Assembly (NCBI GenBank): GCA_044345485.1 | Contig: JBIJAX010000004.1 | Location: 4,144-68,143, forward strand | Length of the DNA: 64,000 bases | Origin: Candidatus Kapaibacterium sp. | Lineage (GTDB): Bacteria; Bacteroidota; Ignavibacteria; Kapaibacteriales; Kapaibacteriaceae | Direction: 5' to 3' | Part shown: positions 57,550 to 64,000 of the stretch, piece by piece | Layout: every line of letters begins with the position of its first letter | Numbering within the stretch: the first letter of the stretch is position 1 | The notes under the pieces: model-generated | Database searches by the model: none | The model's input: only the letters and a program-made list of their open reading frames with translations | Told to the model about the DNA's origin: nothing | Position numbers and translations under genes: made by a program

Positions 57550-58391
57550 GGTTAGCACTTGTACCTGCATCTCTTGTTCTCGTTGCAGGAACATTCCCTC
57601 CAACAGCAAAGATCATCTCTCAAAGAGGTGGATATACATATGTTGTTGTTCCGCCAACAGATACGCTCAACGTCGATACCCTGCGCGATGCAAAGTATCC
57701 GCTTGTTGTTTCCCTGCACGGAAAAAGCCTTTCTGGAAACAAGATTAATGCTCTAACGAAGTATGGTACCATTGCTGCAATCAATGCTGGACTTCGCTTG
57801 CCAGCATATGTTGTTGCGCCACAGTGTCCATCTGGCAAAGGCTGGAATCCCGATCAAATCATGGAGATCGTCAATACCGTAACTCGCGAGTATGCCATCG
57901 ACACAAATCGCATTTACGTGCTGGGAATGAGTATGGGTGGATATGGCACGTTTGACCTTGTCGGAACCTACCCCGAAAAGTTCGCTGCTGCTATTGCTAT
58001 GTGTGGAGGGGGCAAGCAGGTTATGGCTTCAAACCTTGCACGAGTTCCACTGTGGGTTATTCATGGTGCAAGTGATGTAGATGTGCCTGTGTCCCAATCA
58101 CGTATGATGGTCACTGCCATATGTTCCAAGAAAGACAACAAGTGTTTCTACACAGAGTTGCCTCGCATTGGTCATAGCGCTCTTGCAGAGAGCTACAATC
58201 ACGCGAAACTCTACGAATGGATGTTTGCGCACCGTAAAGATGACGTCAATTCAGCAACACCTGCCGTAAAAGAACCTCCGTCATATACCTCGCGAGACTT
58301 TTCTTGGCTGAAGTATACAAACGCAACTGTGAAGAAAAAGAAGTATGGAAAAAAGCGCAAGCATGCAAAACGCCGCCGCACTCGTCGCTGA
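57534..58391 (+). CDS. Alpha/beta hydrolase (esterase/peptidase S9-like) with a polybasic C-terminal tail
   Basis: Nucleophile elbow GMSMGG, then IHGASDVDVP and GH. It ends KKKKYGKKRKHAKRRRTRR. The internal start gives a hydrophobic N-terminus. Confidence 0.7.
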   Translation: MLVALGLALVPASLVLVAGTFPPTAKIISQRGGYTYVVVPPTDTLNVDTLRDAKYPLVVSLHGKSLSGNKINALTKYGTIAAINAGLRLPAYVVAPQCPSGKGWNPDQIMEIVNTVTREYAIDTNRIYVLGMSMGGYGTFDLVGTYPEKFAAAIAMCGGGKQVMASNLARVPLWVIHGASDVDVPVSQSRMMVTAICSKKDNKCFYTELPRIGHSALAESYNHAKLYEWMFAHRKDDVNSATPAVKEPPSYTSRDFSWLKYTNATVKKKKYGKKRKHAKRRRTRR

Positions 58392-58684
58392 AAGGGTTGC
58401 AAGAAGCATTGAATTTGTTTCAACGCGATTGATGCCCAAAATGTCTCTCCGATCTATATCTGCTTGAGCATCAGAATGTGCGCCATGAGATGTCGATTAG
58501 GGCTGGATCGCTCGTGCGGTCATAATGCATGCACAGTTGCGTTGCATAGCGAGTTCAGATCGCTACCTGGGAATTGTGTACCAACGGTTCTACAAAAGTG
58601 AGATGAACAAATAGAAGATCAGAAATCACGAACTTTGCACGTGTACAATAGAGAATTCACACACCGACGGTGCGACGGTAAACA

Positions 58685-61156
58685 ATGAAAACTACGATAC
58701 AGGGTATTCTGATTCTGATTGTGTTGCTATCACAATCAGTTGTTTCTGGCCAGGTCTATGAAGTTGCTCTTTCATACACGATTGGAAAGAACGTTAGCGA
58801 AGTAAGTCGTCTCTTTGCTGTTGTGCCAGATCCCACAGACCGTGATGCTGTGGTGATCTATGGTCTAGGTTCACGTACATTCTCTTATCAGGTGTACGCA
58901 CCTGGTGGGCCTAAACGTGAGAAGCATACAGAGTATTACATCGATGGACAGTGCAGACACTTTGTCTCGAATGGACAGCTCGTGCTGCCTCAATCAATTC
59001 ATGGTAGTATTGCGCGGGAAGGAGAAGTCTCAGAAGAACAGATCTGTCCTGTTACATTCTTCTTCTTTGGTACCTCAGGATTGTATGGCACATCAACGCG
59101 AATTCAAAAGGCGGACATCTTTGCAATGCCATTGCAGCACACTGGAAAGTTCGCTCTTGACGCAAGCAGTAATACCACTGTCAAAACTACTGTACGGCAG
59201 TTAAAATGGGGTGAGAGCTTCATTGAACAAACAAAACAGATGGGCCATGTCCTCTACAAAACCGGACAATTCGAAACCATCGCGCTAAATCTCAGCGCAC
59301 ACATAAGAGCAACCAAGAAGACGCTCGATTCAATCGATATGGAAAAGTCGAATCGGTTTTCTGGACTCGGCGATTCATTGGCGAAAATTAAGACAGCATT
59401 AGATGGACCCCTTGGCGCACATTATGATGCTGAAGAGATCTTCACTGAGCGCAATGAAGGTGAAATGTTAAAGTATGGGTCCACAATCACCGATGACGTT
59501 GCTGTTGGAAGTGTGCTTGATGTTTCACACCGAGGGAAGTATCACAAGGCTGTTGTCGATGCAAAGTTGCTGACTGATCTTGCCGGTGATGCAGTTACCT
59601 ACAATAGTACACTTCCAAGAATCAAATCACTTGCAGCCACAATTGAAAGTGGCCTAGCTTCGACAAACAAACTACTCTCGAAGGTCAAAGATCTGCAAAG
59701 CCGTCTGCAGCAACTACGTGTCTCACGGGATTCATTTTACTTGAACGTTGTTGAGAAGATGCGACTGTATCCAGCGGGTAAACGTGTATCTGTTCCATCT
59801 GAATGTAGTATTCGTAGCCCGCTACTTATGCAGCACGAGTCGTTGCAATCACGGCGCGGTCCATTTCAAGACATACGGGTTACTTCATTGTATTCTCTCA
59901 AGGGGCTACCACTGCAAACGGGATGCTCTCCCGCTGGTATAGATGAATATGATACGTTGATGACTGTTGCTACCTTAACAACACGGCTAGAGTCTATGAA
60001 TGCTGCTGTAAAGGAAGTATGGGACGCGCTAACGTCCTTGTCGGACAAAGCAGTAAATCCTCTCACATACGATTCCTTCGGTAAGATTCTGAGATCCAGT
60101 GCTCAATTTTCCCCTTCAAATCCCATCGATGTCTCATCGGTCAACGTGTTAAATCGTGACATCGTGTCCTTCAATGTGTTTGGAAAAACCGATCAACAGC
60201 TAGACCCGTATATCAAACAAATACATGGCGTGATTGGCAAGATTGCAGACGGACGCCGAATTGGAAAGTATACTGTTGCCGAGGAGTACGTAAAACAAAT
60301 GAGAGCTACTGCGCCCCTCAATGCAGAAGCGCTCTTTGGAGATAAAGACGATGTCGCTGAGCGTGCCCTTGGATCACTCTTTATGTTGTATTTCGGAGCT
60401 CTAGAAGCACAGAAGGAATCGGTTGAAGAGATATTGTCCGATGCCAACGCTGATGAACTGATGTCTGATTTGTTCGATGTTAGCGAGGGGGCAATCGACG
60501 ATGTGTTTGACGATGTCGTAAAGTCAAAAAAGATAGTTCATATCAGTGTTAACTCTCAGCCGGTTACGCAATATCAACTCAAAACTGGAGTTAAGGATGC
60601 GGCAATCGACGAGTTCATATCTATCTGCGAAGCACAAAGTAAGATTCTAGCTACCAAGCGTGAACAGGCAGTAGCGTACCTTTCAACGCTGAAGTACGGA
60701 ATTCAACGAGTGGAAGAATATGCAACACAGTTATGCGGCATTGTAAACTCTCTCCAGACGGAGTCGTCATTGCCGACATTTACGAACATTCCGCAGATAG
60801 CTTCAACAGATTTGTGTTCTGTTCTTAACGATTATAGTCAAAGCCTTGGCACCTCTAGTAAATGGACCAGGCAGTCGAATGATCTTCCGATGTCTGTTTC
60901 ACGTTACCTAGATGAGCATGAAACAGAACTGACCTCTCCTATGAATGAAGCTGTACCAGAGTTTATAGGATTCAACCCCACTACACAATGTTGGCAATTC
61001 TCATGGTATTTGAATCCCACAAGCTTCATGGAGTGCGATTCGATAACCAATTTCCTGGTTTCAGGGTATGCAGCTAATCCTCGGGGCTGTGCGAGAAAGG
61101 CACTGTATATCGATACGGAATTCGACACAGTTCAGGCTGAAGAGGAAGGTGAATGA
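58685..61156 (+). CDS. Large secreted hypothetical protein, no recognised domain
   Basis: 823-aa uninterrupted ORF with signal peptide MKTTIQGILILIVLLSQSVVSGQ. It is largely helical with coiled-coil-like stretches, several Cys and an acidic C-terminus. Confidence 0.7.
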   Translation: MKTTIQGILILIVLLSQSVVSGQVYEVALSYTIGKNVSEVSRLFAVVPDPTDRDAVVIYGLGSRTFSYQVYAPGGPKREKHTEYYIDGQCRHFVSNGQLVLPQSIHGSIAREGEVSEEQICPVTFFFFGTSGLYGTSTRIQKADIFAMPLQHTGKFALDASSNTTVKTTVRQLKWGESFIEQTKQMGHVLYKTGQFETIALNLSAHIRATKKTLDSIDMEKSNRFSGLGDSLAKIKTALDGPLGAHYDAEEIFTERNEGEMLKYGSTITDDVAVGSVLDVSHRGKYHKAVVDAKLLTDLAGDAVTYNSTLPRIKSLAATIESGLASTNKLLSKVKDLQSRLQQLRVSRDSFYLNVVEKMRLYPAGKRVSVPSECSIRSPLLMQHESLQSRRGPFQDIRVTSLYSLKGLPLQTGCSPAGIDEYDTLMTVATLTTRLESMNAAVKEVWDALTSLSDKAVNPLTYDSFGKILRSSAQFSPSNPIDVSSVNVLNRDIVSFNVFGKTDQQLDPYIKQIHGVIGKIADGRRIGKYTVAEEYVKQMRATAPLNAEALFGDKDDVAERALGSLFMLYFGALEAQKESVEEILSDANADELMSDLFDVSEGAIDDVFDDVVKSKKIVHISVNSQPVTQYQLKTGVKDAAIDEFISICEAQSKILATKREQAVAYLSTLKYGIQRVEEYATQLCGIVNSLQTESSLPTFTNIPQIASTDLCSVLNDYSQSLGTSSKWTRQSNDLPMSVSRYLDEHETELTSPMNEAVPEFIGFNPTTQCWQFSWYLNPTSFMECDSITNFLVSGYAANPRGCARKALYIDTEFDTVQAEEEGE

Positions 61157-61190
61157 TCAATGAATACCAGGGGCGTGTCTGAACACACCA

Positions 61191-62846
61191 TTAGTATCCA
61201 ACGCGTATCTCTAACGCACCAAACATGAAGTTGGTGGGGCCATTTCCACCATTGCGGTTTGTGTAGCCAACGGTGAGATCGGTAAAGATGTTGTTGGCCC
61301 ATTCAGCGCTGAACCACAGGCGAGCGCGACGTTGATGCGAGACGTTGCCGCGAAGGAATGCGTTTCCGGAAAGTGCATCGCCATCGCCACGGAGGATGTC
61401 GCCCCCTACGTTGCCGATAGGTACTTGGATGCCCGAGCCGGGATAGCGTGGGTCTTCGCCCATGAGCAAGTTGCCTTTGCTGTCGAGGATGTTCTCGCCA
61501 TGACGTGTGTAATCTAAGTCTAGGCGAATGCTGGTACGTGGCGTAAGCCAGTGCCGTAGCTGCAGGGCAAGCCTATCGGAGTTGGGCTGCATATCGTAGC
61601 TAATAGGCGCACCCATCGTTGTGTACGATGCGTTGATGCTGCGATGAGAAAACGTGAATGCATCAATGCGCGCATACTCGGCGGAGACGATGCTACGGCT
61701 GGGAGCCCCTTGCTGTCCTATGGACTGAGAAACTCCGAGCTGGTAGGCAAACTTGTTGTTACTACCGCCTGCTGATGTGTCGGAGAGTGTTGAGTACGCA
61801 AGATCATCAACGATGAGCGATCCGTAGACCATGAGCCCCTTGAGTGGACGCAGCGTAATGTCTGCGCCAATGAGCGAGTTGTCGTTGGCGTTGCGCTCCT
61901 GCGTGCTTAGACCGGCACTTACGAAGAATGCCAGTGGGTTAAGGTAGGCCATATCAAGGCCACGTCCCCAGTACACGATCATGTCGTTCAGGCCCACACT
62001 AAGCCAGTCTGTTGGCTCAACAGCGATGCGGTGCGTAGCGATGTACTTACCAGGCACTGCCTTGTTTGCTGTGTCGAGTCCGTTCGCAGCAGAATGCGTC
62101 ATCGTAAACCGCACGCGCTTGTAGGGCACGTCGATGAGCACGCCATCAAGCAAGGGGGCATTCATGGAGTGTACGAAGTTGTCGATCGGACTATTCCCGA
62201 ACTGCAATGCTTCGCGTCCGTAACGAATGCGGAGATACTCCGACTGATACTGCACGTATCCGATATAGCGGTCAAAGAATGCACTGTCTTCGATCGTGAA
62301 CTTCAGCGTCCGTGCAAGTGTGGGGTCTGTTTGCGCGATGCGCGAAGCACTGCCGCGCAGACGCGAGCCGTTTGAGAGGTCAAGGAAAAACCCAAGGTTA
62401 TTGCCGAGAGAACCCATGACGCGTGCTGATGCGCGTGCGAGAAGAAACGACTCTGATGCACCGGAGCTTGATGTGGTTCCTGGACGTGCCATAAAACCAA
62501 GATCTGCCTGTACACGTGCAACACCATCGTTAAACACCAGACCCCTGTAGCGTCCATGTGATTGAGTGAACAGCTCGGTGGTGTCGGGCCTTTGTGCAAC
62601 AAGCGGCCAGTAGTAGTTCAGCGCGTAGGAGCTAAATGCATTCGATGCGGTAGTGTCGACATTGCCAATGTAGGCTGGCCATACGGAAGACGACAATGCA
62701 GATGCCGAACCATCAAGGGTGCGCAGCAAGGCGTTGTCCATCGACACGCGTTCGGCATTGACATCAACATTTTGAGCAAGCAGGATGTAGGGGGCAAGCA
62801 CCACCACAAGCGAGCATATTAGTCGCATAACGATGGATGATGCCAT
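61191..62846 (-). CDS. Outer-membrane beta-barrel protein (possibly capsule-assembly Wzi-like)
   Basis: Signal peptide ...VVVLAPYILLAQ, beta-strand periodicity and a terminal ...FGALEIRVGY. The Wzi assignment is from memory only. Confidence 0.55.
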   Translation of the reverse strand: MASSIVMRLICSLVVVLAPYILLAQNVDVNAERVSMDNALLRTLDGSASALSSSVWPAYIGNVDTTASNAFSSYALNYYWPLVAQRPDTTELFTQSHGRYRGLVFNDGVARVQADLGFMARPGTTSSSGASESFLLARASARVMGSLGNNLGFFLDLSNGSRLRGSASRIAQTDPTLARTLKFTIEDSAFFDRYIGYVQYQSEYLRIRYGREALQFGNSPIDNFVHSMNAPLLDGVLIDVPYKRVRFTMTHSAANGLDTANKAVPGKYIATHRIAVEPTDWLSVGLNDMIVYWGRGLDMAYLNPLAFFVSAGLSTQERNANDNSLIGADITLRPLKGLMVYGSLIVDDLAYSTLSDTSAGGSNNKFAYQLGVSQSIGQQGAPSRSIVSAEYARIDAFTFSHRSINASYTTMGAPISYDMQPNSDRLALQLRHWLTPRTSIRLDLDYTRHGENILDSKGNLLMGEDPRYPGSGIQVPIGNVGGDILRGDGDALSGNAFLRGNVSHQRRARLWFSAEWANNIFTDLTVGYTNRNGGNGPTNFMFGALEIRVGY

Positions 62847-62852
62847 ACGGTA

Positions 62853-63572
62853 TTAGCGCTTCTCGACTGTGGCTTTGCACTTACAGACGCTGCGCACGTA
62901 CTCGATCTCTTTCTGCGCGTCGGCATCCGTTGCATACTCACCAACACGCACAGAGAACTTCTTTGACGTTGCATCAGAGCCAACCTTGGCGGGCATGCGC
63001 TTTTGCTTCATTGATTCCGCAAAAGACTCTGCATCTTTTTTGTTGCTGTAGGACTTGAGAACGATCGTGTACGGCTTTGTGTTGCCGGGCTTCGGTGGCT
63101 CAGAGACCTCTAGTTTTTTTGTAGACACTGGTGTCGGTGTGACCTTGTCGGAAGGGGCTGGCGCACCTACTGTAGAGCGCATTACGTCGTAGACAAGTGG
63201 AAGCAGATCGCTCTGCGAATACTGATCGCGCATTGTTGCGAAGTACTTGCGTGCTCTATCGCTTTCGTTTTTTGTTGACGACATCACAACGAGGCGTGCC
63301 AGAGCATCATCTGCCCACTCACTCCTTGGATACGCTTCAACGATGCGCTCAAGCATAGGCGAGGCCTTCTTGGGGTCGTCGATCAAGGCCGCATGCAGGA
63401 ACATTACCGCAGGATCATCGGGTGCATCGATCAACAGATCGGGCAACGCCTTCTTTGCATCGGTTGTCCATCCGGCAGCTACCTGTTGGATATAGTTCTT
63501 TACACCAACGCCTTGAGCAGATGCGCCAATTGTAGCGATGGCAAGGATGACGAAGAGGGTAAGTCGTTGCAT
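62853..63572 (-). CDS. SPOR-domain protein with an N-terminal TPR-like region
   Basis: C-terminal YTIVLKSYSNKKDAESFAESMKQKRMPAKVGSDATSKKFSVRVGEYATDADAQKEIEYV matches the SPOR pattern. Signal peptide MQRLTLFVILAIATIGASAQ. Confidence 0.8.
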   Translation of the reverse strand: MQRLTLFVILAIATIGASAQGVGVKNYIQQVAAGWTTDAKKALPDLLIDAPDDPAVMFLHAALIDDPKKASPMLERIVEAYPRSEWADDALARLVVMSSTKNESDRARKYFATMRDQYSQSDLLPLVYDVMRSTVGAPAPSDKVTPTPVSTKKLEVSEPPKPGNTKPYTIVLKSYSNKKDAESFAESMKQKRMPAKVGSDATSKKFSVRVGEYATDADAQKEIEYVRSVCKCKATVEKR

Positions 63573-63630
63573 GTCTATAAATTACGCAAGTGCGCCTATT
63601 TTGGTAACCAGTTCCACGAATGTGATGTTC

Positions 63631-64000
63631 ATGTCAGCCCCTTCTCAGGATCAGGATTTTCGCGTTGTTGTAGCTGCCGGTGGCACTGGTGGACACATCT
63701 TTCCTGCAGTTGCTGTGGTAGAGCAGCTGTCGATGCTCACGAACGGACGCCTCAAGGCGGTGTTCATGGGGAGCATGGACCGCATGGAGACGCGCCTCAT
63801 TCCATCGATGGGGTACGACTACGTGCCAATGCCCATCGAAGGGTACAAGGGGCTTTCCCTGCGCACGCTGATGCTGCCGTTCAAGATCTGGCAGTCCATC
63901 CGCATTGCAAAGCAAACGCTGCGCAGACACAAGCCCCATGCCGTGATCTGCACGGGTGCCTACATCAGCTATCCTGTGGGAGTTGCAGCATCGCAGTTAG
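63631..64000 (+). CDS. murG: UDP-N-acetylglucosamine--N-acetylmuramyl-(pentapeptide) pyrophosphoryl-undecaprenol GlcNAc transferase, 5' part (runs off the window)
   Basis: My own translation gives MSAPSQDQDFRVVVAAGGTGGHIFPAVAVVEQL...HAVICTGAYISYPVGVAA. The GGTGGH motif is present. This ORF is not in the supplied track because it is open-ended. Confidence 0.9.
   Translation, partial: MSAPSQDQDFRVVVAAGGTGGHIFPAVAVVEQLSMLTNGRLKAVFMGSMDRMETRLIPSMGYDYVPMPIEGYKGLSLRTLMLPFKIWQSIRIAKQTLRRHKPHAVICTGAYISYPVGVAASQL

Noticed and set aside
1-64000. Whole window as a prophage, a defence island or a conventional mobile element
   Set aside because: None of the translated ORFs shows integrase, transposase, reverse transcriptase, Cas, restriction-modification, toxin-antitoxin or phage structural signatures. 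Housekeeping genes (purT, pdxB, rfbC, murG, dps) are interspersed throughout.

Overview
The window looks like a chromosomal segment from an FCB-superphylum bacterium (Bacteroidota/Ignavibacteriota/Chlorobi-like). The basis is that at least eight predicted secreted proteins end in type IX secretion (T9SS, Por_Secre_tail-like) C-terminal domains, alongside many lipoproteins and two TonB-dependent receptors. I could support about 55 protein-coding genes. I recognised no rRNA, tRNA, CRISPR array, transposase, integrase, reverse transcriptase or known defence gene. Confident housekeeping calls are purT, dps, arsM, rfbC, pdxB, the murG 5' end, a di-haem cytochrome c peroxidase, a Rieske protein, a YegS-like lipid kinase, a GNAT, a YihY/BrkB protein, a DUF2723 protein, a TlpA-like redoxin and an Omp28-like protein. 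Tandem paralog pairs recur: two vWA proteins, two CarboxypepD_reg-LamG lipoproteins, two metallophosphoesterases and two acyltransferase-3 genes. Two of these copies look disrupted. The observations most worth follow-up are these. (1) A perfect 22-bp inverted repeat brackets an AT-rich single-gene cassette at 462-1627. (2) An 18-nt direct-repeat element, TTAAGGT-N4-TTAAGGT, occurs three times, each upstream of a secreted-protein gene flanking a TPR-LuxR regulator at 2.4-12.1 kb. This suggests a local regulon for a VIT/vWA plus CarboxypepD_reg-LamG surface-protein cluster. (3) A dispersed heptanucleotide repeat family, (GTMCCYN)n, with G-quadruplex potential sits at two gene 3' ends. (4) A tightly packed five-gene minus-strand operon encodes a membrane SHD1-like/YHYH protein followed by four T9SS cargo proteins. 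(5) A shortened CRY-DASH-like photolyase-family gene is translationally coupled to DUF2256 and YdeI genes. (6) An 823-aa secreted orphan has no domain I recognise. All functional calls come from reading the translations. No database search was possible.
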